Assembly: GCA_964652585.1 (NCBI GenBank) | Contig: CAZZDA010000001.1 | Span: 1 to 56,859 of the forward strand | Source: an uncultured Gammaproteobacteria bacterium | GTDB taxonomy: Bacteria; Patescibacteriota; Patescibacteriia; UBA1544 | Reading direction: 5' to 3' | Length of the DNA stretch: 56,859 nucleotides | In this document: positions 35,729 through 44,510 of the stretch, piece after piece | Layout: every line of letters begins with the position of its first letter | Position numbering within the stretch: position 1 is the stretch's first letter | Position numbers and translations under genes: made by a program | The notes under the pieces: generated by a model | The model's input: the letters and a program-made list of their open reading frames with translations, nothing else | Told to the model about the DNA's origin: nothing | Database searches by the model: none

Positions 35729-35917
35729 ATGGCTTTCACCAAACATTGTATCTTGCCTTCAGTTTGTTCGGCAGGATGTTTGTTCGCCACCTGCGCGTAT
35801 AGCGTAGTGAATTCAGAAACAGTCGGAGAGAAAGATCCGCTATTCCTGCTGCTACTCGCGGCACTAGCCGGCTCAGCCATATGGTTGTGCAACCACTCAT
35901 TTCCTCCCGCACCATAA
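35729..35917 (+). CDS. small Cys-containing hydrophobic protein (62 aa)
   Basis: GGAGGA Shine-Dalgarno 5 nt upstream of the ATG. A terminator follows directly. Confidence 0.45.
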   Translation: MAFTKHCILPSVCSAGCLFATCAYSVVNSETVGEKDPLFLLLLAALAGSAIWLCNHSFPPAP

Positions 35918-35948
35918 AAGGACTCTTCGCGAGTCCTTCTTTTTTTGG
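35918..35948 (+). terminator. intrinsic terminator
   Basis: AAGGACTC-ttcgc-GAGTCCTT followed by CTTTTTTTT. Confidence 0.7.
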
Positions 35949-36047
35949 TGGAGATAAAAATTCGGAAAGAAACAATCATTTCTCCAAGCTTCGCAGACAT
36001 CGGACACCTAAAAAGATGTACGACATCTATGGAGAAAAACAATCGCT

Positions 36048-38942
36048 TTACAGCGCTTTCTTCAAATATTTTCCCGTATAGCTTTTTTTCACCTTTACTA
36101 CGTCTTTTGGTGTTCCAACAGCCACCACATATCCGCCCTTATCTCCACCCTCCGGTCCCAAATCAATAATCCAGTCCGCGGATTTTATCACATCTAAGTT
36201 ATGCTCAATAATAAGAACGGTATTTCCCTTGTCTACGAGCGCGTGCAAAACACCCAACAAGCGCTTTACATCCGCAAAGTGAAGTCCGGTTGTTGGCTCA
36301 TCTAAAATATAGAGTGTTTTGCCAGTTGAACGACGCGAGAGTTCAGTAGAGAGCTTCACGCGCTGGGCTTCACCTCCCGAGAGCGTGGTTGCAAACTGTC
36401 CTAAGTGAATATATCCCAATCCCACCTCGTTCATGGTTTTCAGCTTGTCAAAAATTGTTGGAATAGTTTCAAAAAACACCAGCGCTTCCTCAACCGTCAT
36501 CTCCAAGACATCGGCAATTGTTTTTCCTTTGTAGTGAATTTCCAATGCTTCCTGGTTGTACCGTTTGCCATGGCACTCTTCACACTCCACATAGACATCC
36601 GGCAAGAATTGCATCTCAATTTTCACCAGACCTTCGCCTTGACATGCTTCGCATCGTCCGCCCGTCACGTTAAAGCTAAACCGCCCCGGTCTATAACCGC
36701 GAATTTTTGCTTCGGGTAAATTTGCAAATAGATCGCGAATCGGCGTAAAAACACCGGTATAGGTTGCGGGGTTTGATCTTGGCGTTCTGCCAATTGGCGA
36801 CTGGTCTATGGTAATAACCTTATCAATATGCTGAATTCCCGATATGCCTTTATGCTTGCCAGGTATATTTTTTGCTCGGTAAAAATGTTTGGAGAGCGCT
36901 TTACCTAAGATCTCCGTCATGAACGTTGATTTGCCGGATCCTGAAACACCGGTCAAAGAAACAAATTTCCCCAAAGGAATGTTCACGTCAATATTTTTCA
37001 GGTTAAAGGCACTTGCCCCATGAACCGTCAGTATGTTTCCCGATCCCTTGCGATGCTTCTTTGGCGTTGCGATACTCTCAGCACCTGAGAGATATTTCCC
37101 CGTAGGTGATTTCGGATTTTTCTCAATAGCATTTGGGGTTCCATGCGCAATAACCTCGCCTCCATGAGCTCCCGCGCCCGGTCCAATGTCAATGACCCAA
37201 TCAGCTGATCGTATGGTTTCCTCATCATGTTCTACCACAATAACCGTATTTCCTAAGTCCCTTAATGACTTCAGTGTTGCAATAAGTTTCGTATTATCCC
37301 GTTGATGAAGGCCAATGGATGGCTCGTCCAAAATATAGAGTACGCCAACGAGCGCTGAGCCAATTTGCGTAGCCAGGCGAATACGCTGTGCCTCGCCTCC
37401 GGAAAGCGTCGCGGCAGTTCTGTCCAACGTTAAATAGTCAAGTCCCACATTACGCAAAAAAGTAAGTCGGGTGGTAATTTCTTTCAAGATCTGTTTTGCG
37501 ATCAGTTGTTCACGAGCAGAAAGTGCGTTTTCGTTTACTGATGTTTTTTTCTTACTCGCAGAAAGCGCCTCAAAAAATTGTGTAACTTCGGCAATGCTTA
37601 ATGAAACGATCTCATAAATATTTTTACCAATAACGGTAACAGCAAGTGCCGTGGGCTTCAACCGTTTACCGGTACATACGGGGCATGGCAGTGTACGCAT
37701 GTATCGCTCAATTTCCCGTCGAACATAATCAGATTCTGTTTCCTTGTAGCGGCGCTCAAGATTTGGAATAACACCCTCAAACGCTGTCCAGTAATCACCC
37801 GAAAACTTATTGCCCTCATAATCTACTTTATATTGCTTATTACCGGTGCCATAGAGGATCAAATCAAGTTGTTCTTTCTTTAATTTTTCAACCGGTACTT
37901 TTGTGGGAAGCTTTTCTTCTGCCGCAACCGCCTCTATGATTTGATAATAAAATCCTTGATTAGCAGTCATACGCGCCCAAGGCTGAATCGCTCCTTCGGC
38001 CAATGAAAGACGCTTATTTGGTATGATGAGATCTTTATCAACAATAAGTAAATTGCCAAGGCCGCTACAGCGCTCACATGCTCCATGCGGTGAGTTAAAC
38101 GAAAAATCACGCGGCTCAAATTCCGGCAGCGATATAGTGCACACCGGACAAGAAAGATGCTGCGCAAAAAGATGTTCTTCGCCCGTATCCGCACGCTCTA
38201 CCACGACAAGGCCATTCCCCAGATCAAGTGCTTGTTCTAAAGAATCTTTCAGGCGAGTGCGCTCCCCTTCTTCCATATGTTGTTTCGCGTCAATCGATGT
38301 CGGTGTCATAACAAAGCGGTCAACCACCACATCAAGTGTATGTTTTTTCTTTTTATCAACACTCAGATCCTGTGCTTCCTCAAGACTATACATCACCCCA
38401 TCAAAACGCACTCGGGCGTATCCCGCTTTTGCAATTTCAGCAAGCGCATTTTTATGCTCGCCTTTTTTATCACGCACCACGGGAGCCAAGAGCAGTATCT
38501 CCGCTTCCTTCCCTAGCTGCGCAATAGACTCAGCGATCTGGTCCAGTGTCTGTTTTTCAACCAGCCGCCCGCATGTAGGGCAGTGCGGATGTCCTATGCG
38601 CGCGAACAACAGACGTAAATAGTCATACACTTCCGTCACCGTACCAACCGTTGATCGAGGATTGTGCGATGTGGACTTTTGATCAATGGAAATTGCGGGA
38701 GAAAGCCCTTCAATTTGATCCACGTCCGGCTTATCCATCAACCCTAAAAACTGCCGCGCATAAGCAGATAGTGATTCTACATAACGCCTTTGACCTTCCG
38801 CGTAAATAGTATCAAAAGCAAGTGAAGACTTACCGGAACCAGAGAGTCCGGTTATGACTACAAATTTATCACGAGGGATATCAATGTCGATATTTTTAAG
38901 ATTGTGCACACGGGCGCCCCGGATGCGTATGGTAGAAGACAT
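36048..38942 (-). CDS. uvrA: excinuclease ABC subunit A
   Basis: [23 protein letters not shown], two ABC modules, zinc-finger cysteines, LSGGEAQR motif twice. Confidence 0.95.
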   Translation of the reverse strand: MSSTIRIRGARVHNLKNIDIDIPRDKFVVITGLSGSGKSSLAFDTIYAEGQRRYVESLSAYARQFLGLMDKPDVDQIEGLSPAISIDQKSTSHNPRSTVGTVTEVYDYLRLLFARIGHPHCPTCGRLVEKQTLDQIAESIAQLGKEAEILLLAPVVRDKKGEHKNALAEIAKAGYARVRFDGVMYSLEEAQDLSVDKKKKHTLDVVVDRFVMTPTSIDAKQHMEEGERTRLKDSLEQALDLGNGLVVVERADTGEEHLFAQHLSCPVCTISLPEFEPRDFSFNSPHGACERCSGLGNLLIVDKDLIIPNKRLSLAEGAIQPWARMTANQGFYYQIIEAVAAEEKLPTKVPVEKLKKEQLDLILYGTGNKQYKVDYEGNKFSGDYWTAFEGVIPNLERRYKETESDYVRREIERYMRTLPCPVCTGKRLKPTALAVTVIGKNIYEIVSLSIAEVTQFFEALSASKKKTSVNENALSAREQLIAKQILKEITTRLTFLRNVGLDYLTLDRTAATLSGGEAQRIRLATQIGSALVGVLYILDEPSIGLHQRDNTKLIATLKSLRDLGNTVIVVEHDEETIRSADWVIDIGPGAGAHGGEVIAHGTPNAIEKNPKSPTGKYLSGAESIATPKKHRKGSGNILTVHGASAFNLKNIDVNIPLGKFVSLTGVSGSGKSTFMTEILGKALSKHFYRAKNIPGKHKGISGIQHIDKVITIDQSPIGRTPRSNPATYTGVFTPIRDLFANLPEAKIRGYRPGRFSFNVTGGRCEACQGEGLVKIEMQFLPDVYVECEECHGKRYNQEALEIHYKGKTIADVLEMTVEEALVFFETIPTIFDKLKTMNEVGLGYIHLGQFATTLSGGEAQRVKLSTELSRRSTGKTLYILDEPTTGLHFADVKRLLGVLHALVDKGNTVLIIEHNLDVIKSADWIIDLGPEGGDKGGYVVAVGTPKDVVKVKKSYTGKYLKKAL

Positions 38943-39023
38943 GTAATTCTTGGAACTTAAAACTTGGAACTCATAACTTAAATAAGAGTCGTTGCGTACC
39001 GTAGAAGATAATGCTTCCTTACT

Positions 39024-39776
39024 TTATTCTCCTGACACGCTTTCTAAAATCCCCTCCCACAATGCACGCGATACAACGCCTTCAAGTTTTTCACCATTCA
39101 CGAAAAAAGTTGGCGTACCGGATACGCCGTACACGGTACCTATTGAAGCATCGCGCGCAACTCGTTCCGCCGCACGTTCGCTTGCCACACACTCCGTAAA
39201 TACTTTCATATCCAAACCTACTGCCTGCGCAAAACGACTATAAGGATTCTCGGCAAGCGTTTCTTGATTTTGAAAAAGACGATCGTGATAAGGCCAAAAC
39301 TTACCTTGTTCATGCGCGCAGCTACTGGCAATGGCGGCCACAACCGCGCTAGGGTGTATCGTGTCGAGCGGAAAATGACGATAGACGTATGCGACATCTT
39401 GACTGTGCGCTAAAACGAATTCACGTATGATCGGGTATGCCGCATGGCAGAAAGGGCACTCAAAATCACCAAATTCAACAATAACGAGCTTCGCAGTTTT
39501 TACATCCCCAATACGAGGATTATGCTCTTCCACTAATATTTCTATCCCTTCCGACTGTGGAGGTGAAAATGAAGCGGGGAGTAGTGTACCACGCGTAAAC
39601 TGTTCCGTCAACGTATCTTGCCTATCAACAACAGTAGTGCGACCAGAAAAAAACTGTGCTAAAAATACATACAGTGTCGTGCCGATTATAAGACAAAGAA
39701 CAGTGAGTATAAAGTATTTAACCCACCGTATAGAAGAAGTGCGTTGATCTTCCTGCTGCAAAGAATCTCTAGGCAT
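39024..39776 (-). CDS. DsbA-family thiol:disulfide oxidoreductase, membrane anchored
   Basis: TM helix, then FGDFECPFCHAAYP containing the CPFC active site. Confidence 0.8.
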   Translation of the reverse strand: MPRDSLQQEDQRTSSIRWVKYFILTVLCLIIGTTLYVFLAQFFSGRTTVVDRQDTLTEQFTRGTLLPASFSPPQSEGIEILVEEHNPRIGDVKTAKLVIVEFGDFECPFCHAAYPIIREFVLAHSQDVAYVYRHFPLDTIHPSAVVAAIASSCAHEQGKFWPYHDRLFQNQETLAENPYSRFAQAVGLDMKVFTECVASERAAERVARDASIGTVYGVSGTPTFFVNGEKLEGVVSRALWEGILESVSGE

Positions 39777-39800
39777 GTTACTTGTGTTACGAGCTTCAAG

Positions 39801-40766
39801 TTATGAACTATGAGATTTCGTGATCTTTTCTACAATCGCCTTTCGCTCCTCAGAACTATAGTATTCAATAACGCACCTACCTTTTCCTTTTGCATCTTGA
39901 AAAATTACTTTTGTACCCAACACCCTCTCTAATTCTTTTTCTTCCGCACGAAGCTCCGGCGTTTTCGTAGACGAACGCGTATGTCCAGCAACGGCGATTC
40001 TTTTCCCGGTATGCTGCGCCGTTTCCGCAACACTTAAGCCGTGCGTAGTGATCTGTTGAAAGACGCGCATTTGCTCCGCTTCTGTTGCAAGTCCTGCCAG
40101 AATTTTGCCATGCCCTTCCGTAATTTTTCCAAATTTCAATGCATCCTGAATAGGCTGTGGTAGATTCAAAAGACGTATGCTATTTGCAACTTTCGCGCGT
40201 GATTTGCCAATTTTTGCGGCAACTGTATCTTGTGTCAATCCAAATTCTTCCATCATGCGCTTGTATGCTATCGCTTCTTCAATGGGGTTAAGGTCCGCAC
40301 GCTGTACATTTTCAATAACCGCCAGTTCCAACTGTTGTTCAGCATCAACTGCCGTATGCAAAACAACCGGAACTTCTTGAAGACCGGCAAGCTCTGCCGC
40401 ACGCAGACGGCGCTCACCGGCAATAAGCTCATAGTTTTCAAGATCTTTTTTTACAACAACCAAGGGTTGTAAAATACCGTGTCGTTTTACAGAGCTCACC
40501 AGCTCTTCAATAGCCTGTTCTGTAAATTGCTCGCGCGGCTGATAAGGATTTGCCGTAATATTTTTCAGTGGTACGCTCATACTGCCATTGTACAACACTC
40601 CTTGCGTGTGTTGTTTTTTGTTTTGCGCATGTCCATCACCAACGGTAGATGCAAGAGGTATGCCAAAACTTTTTGCAGCAGGCGCCGCACCACTCGTATT
40701 TGCAGAAGATTTTTTACTTGGTATAAGTGATCCGAGTCCTTTGCCCAGTCCTTTTTGTATAGGCAT
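39801..40766 (-). CDS. parB: ParB/Spo0J chromosome partitioning protein
   Basis: GILQPLVV, LIAGERRLRAA and an HTH segment. Confidence 0.9.
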   Translation of the reverse strand: MPIQKGLGKGLGSLIPSKKSSANTSGAAPAAKSFGIPLASTVGDGHAQNKKQHTQGVLYNGSMSVPLKNITANPYQPREQFTEQAIEELVSSVKRHGILQPLVVVKKDLENYELIAGERRLRAAELAGLQEVPVVLHTAVDAEQQLELAVIENVQRADLNPIEEAIAYKRMMEEFGLTQDTVAAKIGKSRAKVANSIRLLNLPQPIQDALKFGKITEGHGKILAGLATEAEQMRVFQQITTHGLSVAETAQHTGKRIAVAGHTRSSTKTPELRAEEKELERVLGTKVIFQDAKGKGRCVIEYYSSEERKAIVEKITKSHSS

Positions 40767-40833
40767 AATCGTACGAAATTACAAATTTCAAAATCCAAAT
40801 GACAAATGAATGTAAAAAATTATTTATGTATCT

Positions 40834-41598
40834 TCATGTTACTTCCATAATCTCTCTTGCTAATTTTTCATACGCGCGCGCGCCCTTTGACTTTGCGTCA
40901 TATTCCGCTATCGGTATACCGTGGCTTGGAGCTTCCGCCAAACGAACTGAGCGCGGGATAACCGAGCGAAAAATTTTATTGGGAAAATATTGATACAATT
41001 CTCGCAAAACCTGCTGCGAAAGTTTATTGCGCCTATCATACATAGTGATCACCGCTCCTAAGATGGAAAGGCTGGGTTGTAAATGCTGTTGGACAAGTTC
41101 AATGGTTTGTAGTAATTGTCCAAGACCTTCAAGTGCGTAATATTCTGATTGCACGGGAACAAGCACCGTATCAGCGGCAGCTAAACCATTGACCGTTAAA
41201 AGCCCAAGAGAAGGCGGGCAATCAATGATAATATAATCGTAGTCATTGCGTACACTTTGTAAAAGTTTTTGCAGCTGGAATTCTCTGTCTTCCAGATCCA
41301 CCAGTTCCACGTTTGCTCCCGCAAGTGCCGGACTTGCCGGCGCTAATGCGTAACCCGCAACGGAAGTGGTCATAATATTGTCGCGCAACCCCTGTTTCTG
41401 CAACAAAGACTCGTAGATACCATTGGTGACTTCTTGATGGTTCACGCCCAAGCCGCTTGTGGCATTCGCCTGCGGATCAGTGTCAACAAGCAACACAAAC
41501 TTTCCTAGACGCGCCAAGTACGCTCCAAGATTCACGGCGGTTGTTGTTTTGCCTACACCGCCTTTCTGATTGACGACTGCGATGATCTTAGAACTCAT
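40834..41598 (-). CDS. parA: ParA/Soj partitioning ATPase
   Basis: IIAVVNQKGGVGKTTTAVNLG deviant Walker A. ATG at 41598 was chosen because the track N-terminus reads into repeats. Confidence 0.9.
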   Translation of the reverse strand: MSSKIIAVVNQKGGVGKTTTAVNLGAYLARLGKFVLLVDTDPQANATSGLGVNHQEVTNGIYESLLQKQGLRDNIMTTSVAGYALAPASPALAGANVELVDLEDREFQLQKLLQSVRNDYDYIIIDCPPSLGLLTVNGLAAADTVLVPVQSEYYALEGLGQLLQTIELVQQHLQPSLSILGAVITMYDRRNKLSQQVLRELYQYFPNKIFRSVIPRSVRLAEAPSHGIPIAEYDAKSKGARAYEKLAREIMEVT

Positions 41599-41609
41599 AA
41601 TTGAAGTAA

Positions 41610-41682
41610 GGCGGTCGTTCCATCCATTCGACAAGCTCAGGACAGGCTTATGGTCGATATGGTTGAGAGTGGTGCGACCGCT
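41610..41682. repeat. family-3 element with a nested family-2-related unit
   Basis: ggcggtcgttcca[tccattcgacaagctcaggacaggcttatggtcgatat]ggttgagagtggtgcgaccgct. Confidence 0.7.
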
Positions 41683-41787
41683 AATAAAACTTTTTACTTT
41701 TGCTATTTGTAAGTATACAATGAACGCCTACCTTTGACAATGTGAAAGAAATTCAGTACACTAGCCGTGCCACAATGTTAAGTTATT

Positions 41788-41872
41788 GCCGGAGTGGTGA
41801 AATTGGTAGACACGTACGACTCAAAATCGTATGCCGCAAGGCGTGTGGGTTCAAGTCCCACCTCCGGCACCA
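41788..41872 (+). tRNA. tRNA-Leu(CAA), type II, CCA encoded
   Basis: GCCGGAG..GTGGTGAAATTGGTAGACAC..TACGA-CTCAAAA-TCGTA..GTGGGTTCAAGTCCCAC-CTCCGGC-ACCA. Confidence 0.9.
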
Positions 41873-41904
41873 AAGCATATTTAATTTCTCTTATCAACAA
41901 GTCT

Positions 41905-42174
41905 ATGAAACTTTTGCGTATATTAAAAGGTATTGTTTTATCAATTGGTGTAGGGTTTGGAGCAGCATTTGTATCAGCCATTATTTTAGCAGTAATAAAT
42001 ATTTATCTCTCCGGTCACGGTAATGATATTTTTGATAAAGATATATTCAATGGTCCTGTATTGTATGGCGGGATAGATGATATTATATTAATTGTTGTTT
42101 CATTGAGCGCTATGGTAGCAACATTTATTCTTTATATACGCCGGAAAAATAAAAAAAGTCCTTCTGTACAGTAA
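41905..42174 (+). CDS. small membrane protein (89 aa)
   Basis: ATG lies downstream of the tRNA. Two hydrophobic helices and a basic tail. Confidence 0.45.
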   Translation: MKLLRILKGIVLSIGVGFGAAFVSAIILAVINIYLSGHGNDIFDKDIFNGPVLYGGIDDIILIVVSLSAMVATFILYIRRKNKKSPSVQ

Positions 42175-42231
42175 TATACAGTATCACTCAATAAAAACCC
42201 GAGTATATGCTCGGATTTTTTTATATGAGAC

Positions 42232-42741
42232 TTATAGATAGGCAAGAACTTTATCCAAAGAAACTTTAAACCAATAAGTGTAGTTTTCCGGATGTTGTGT
42301 TATATCGTTTTTTAATTCATCTATTCCTATCCATTTCCAATCGTCTGCTTCTTGCACGTTTGGTTTCGGCTCGCCGTCATATGTACCAATAAACACATGA
42401 TCAAATTCATGTTCAGTGAGTCCGTTGTCAAACGATTTTTTATACGTAAAGGTAAAGAGTTCTTTAAGCTCGCAATCAAAGCCCATTTCTTCTTTAAGCC
42501 GTTTGTGCGCTGCTGCTTCCGTATCTTCTCCGGGGCATGGATGACTACAGCAGGTGTTCGTCCAAAGTCCTCCGGAGTGATATTTACTCGCCACACGCTT
42601 TTGGAGCATCATCTCGCCACGAAAGTTAAAAATGAAAATAGAAAAACAACGATGGAGTATTCCTTTTTGATGCACGTTCATTTTTTCTCCTGTGCCAATT
42701 TGATTATCGTGTTCGTCAACTAGGATGATATTGTCCGCCAT
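42232..42741 (-). CDS. idi: isopentenyl-diphosphate delta-isomerase, type 1 (Nudix fold)
   Basis: ILVDEHDNQIG, HRCFSIFIFN, WTNTCCSHP and EE motifs. Confidence 0.85.
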   Translation of the reverse strand: MADNIILVDEHDNQIGTGEKMNVHQKGILHRCFSIFIFNFRGEMMLQKRVASKYHSGGLWTNTCCSHPCPGEDTEAAAHKRLKEEMGFDCELKELFTFTYKKSFDNGLTEHEFDHVFIGTYDGEPKPNVQEADDWKWIGIDELKNDITQHPENYTYWFKVSLDKVLAYL

Positions 42742-42751
42742 ATATATTGAA

Positions 42752-42802
42752 ACCTGCCTGCCGGCAGGCAGGTACTTATTTAATTACGTAATTAATTACG
42801 TA
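42752..42802. promoter_or_regulatory. 22-nt perfect GC-rich palindrome plus AT-rich palindromic repeats in the divergent intergenic region
   Basis: ACCTGCCTGCCGGCAGGCAGGT (42752..42773), TTAATTACGTAATTAA (42780..42795), and AATTACGTA occurring twice. Confidence 0.5.
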
Positions 42803-42904
42803 CATCACTCAAAAAAGTATAGCAGACTTTTTCTCCGTCTCAAACTGGTAATTTTTCTTCCATCTGCTATACTCTCTACAAGTTAATTCCTATATACTAT
42901 CACT

Positions 42905-43234
42905 ATGGACCAACAAAAATGGAAAGAAACCCTTGGCATGATCAAAGAGAGTTTTGAAGTGGAAGACAATGGCAGCGAACATTCGGATGAGTATGGCGGT
43001 ATTGATACTGAATACGTCGTTTTCCAAGGTCCTATAGGAAAAATGAGGCTGGAATTTATCACCAAGCCGGTTGTTTTGGATAAACAAACAACGTATTCCC
43101 GAAGAATAGGGTCTGAAACTACCGTTGAATATATTTACAGCCCTGATGAAAAAATTCAAAAACTCATGGTCTACACGTGGAGCGATGAGAAGGACGATTG
43201 GATAGAAGTTGACTCGGATAGTTTGAATTTGTAA
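42905..43234 (+). CDS. hypothetical protein (109 aa)
   Basis: ATG-started ORF with balanced composition. The antisense ORFs look spurious. Confidence 0.55.
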   Translation: MDQQKWKETLGMIKESFEVEDNGSEHSDEYGGIDTEYVVFQGPIGKMRLEFITKPVVLDKQTTYSRRIGSETTVEYIYSPDEKIQKLMVYTWSDEKDDWIEVDSDSLNL

Positions 43235-43292
43235 ATAAAGAAGCAAAAAAACACCCTATTAATGGATGTAGAGGTGTTTTTTATTTTGTTAT

Positions 43293-43673
43293 TTAGTTTA
43301 CCACTTCAATTGATTCTCTTGGTATAGGACCAAGAAAAGCCACTACTCCATGAAATTTTTTATCCGGTCCGGTAAAACGAGGTACCACTTGACGTGCTAC
43401 ATCACCTCGAATACGCACTTTTATTCTCTCCCCCTCTTCTCCAGAAGGAAGATATGGCTCTCTACCTATAGTTCCCGCAATAATACGTTCATTCGTAAGC
43501 CATGAGCTATGCGGTTGGAGACCGTTTTGTAACTCTTGTTCAAATTGTCCCGGAACCGTAACAATAGGCCTTTCTCCTTTTTCAAGTAATTGCTGAATAT
43601 ACTCTTGCGCTTCTTCAGGATCTTCAATTGACGGAATGTCAGGCTGTATAGTACCTCGTTCACGATATGCCAT
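43293..43673 (-). CDS. hypothetical protein (126 aa)
   Basis: ATG-started ORF. No family was recognised by eye. Confidence 0.55.
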   Translation of the reverse strand: MAYRERGTIQPDIPSIEDPEEAQEYIQQLLEKGERPIVTVPGQFEQELQNGLQPHSSWLTNERIIAGTIGREPYLPSGEEGERIKVRIRGDVARQVVPRFTGPDKKFHGVVAFLGPIPRESIEVVN

Positions 43674-43678
43674 ATTTG

Positions 43679-43951
43679 TTATATGTTTATTATGCTTTTT
43701 GTTGGATGATTAAATGCAATGAGATTTTCTTTCTTGATCTTTGTCCACCCTTTGATTTGTTTTTCTCTTTTTCTTGCCTCACTTAAGCTCACAAATTCTT
43801 CAAAATAGACAACTTTTACCGGTCGTCTTTGTCTTGTATATTGTGCTCCCATTCCTTGATTGTGTTTGATTTCTCGTGCCTTGAGATCAATACATGAACC
43901 TGTGTAAAGAGAATTATCACTGCATCTTGCTAGATAAACAAAGTATGTCAT
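43679..43951 (-). CDS. small standalone GIY-YIG nuclease family protein (90 aa)
   Basis: YFVYLARCSDNSLYTGSCIDLKAREIKHNQG..VVYFEEF..REKQIKGW. Confidence 0.8.
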   Translation of the reverse strand: MTYFVYLARCSDNSLYTGSCIDLKAREIKHNQGMGAQYTRQRRPVKVVYFEEFVSLSEARKREKQIKGWTKIKKENLIAFNHPTKSIINI

Positions 43952-44136
43952 GTATGCAATTAAATATCATCTCGAATTATACCTTATGACGTCCTTCGAC
44001 TTCGCCAGTTCGACAGGCTCACTGACTTCGTTCAGGACATTCAACTCGCTAGAGATAGATTACATAGTGCTAGCACCATTGAGTGAATAAAAGAGACCGT
44101 TTGGTGGGACACCATGAGCGAGCGAAGCGAGTCGAA

Positions 44137-44213
<77 letters not shown>

Positions 44214-44323
44214 ATTTTAAAAAGTTGCGTAGACAGTACTAGTATACTGTCTTGCAAAAAAATATCAATATGCTATGCTGGTTACCGCTACAGCATACGG
44301 ATAAAAACTCTGTTTGTCAACGA

Positions 44324-44400
44324 CGCGGGGTGGAGCAGTCTGGCAGCTCGTCTGGCTCATAACCAGAAGGTCGAGGGTTCAAATCCCTCCCCCGCAACCA
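44324..44400 (+). tRNA. initiator tRNA-fMet(CAU)
   Basis: CGCGGGG...CTCATAA...GAGGGTTCAAATCCCTC-CCCCGCA-ACCA. The C1:A72 mismatch is typical of bacterial initiators. Confidence 0.85.
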
Positions 44401-44452
44401 AAGAGTCCTTAAGGTTTTTCTTAGGGATTTTTTTGTATGAATATCTGATTAT

Positions 44453-44482
44453 AAAAAAGAGGCAGTCCAATTGAGATGCCTC
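44453..44482 (-). terminator. intrinsic terminator after leuA
   Basis: Minus strand reads GAGGCAtctcaattggacTGCCTC followed by TTTTTT. Confidence 0.55.
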
Positions 44483-44510
44483 ATATGCATTAGGTTGTGT
44501 AAGGAACAAT

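Noticed and set aside
39801-41700. A parS site (TGTTNCACGTGAAACA-like) near parAB.
   Set aside because: I could not find a convincing 16-nt match by eye in or around parA/parB. It may lie elsewhere in the genome.
41794-42174. 126-aa ORF starting inside tRNA-Leu.
   Set aside because: The first 37 codons are simply the tRNA sequence read as protein. Only the part from ATG 41905 is a plausible small membrane protein.
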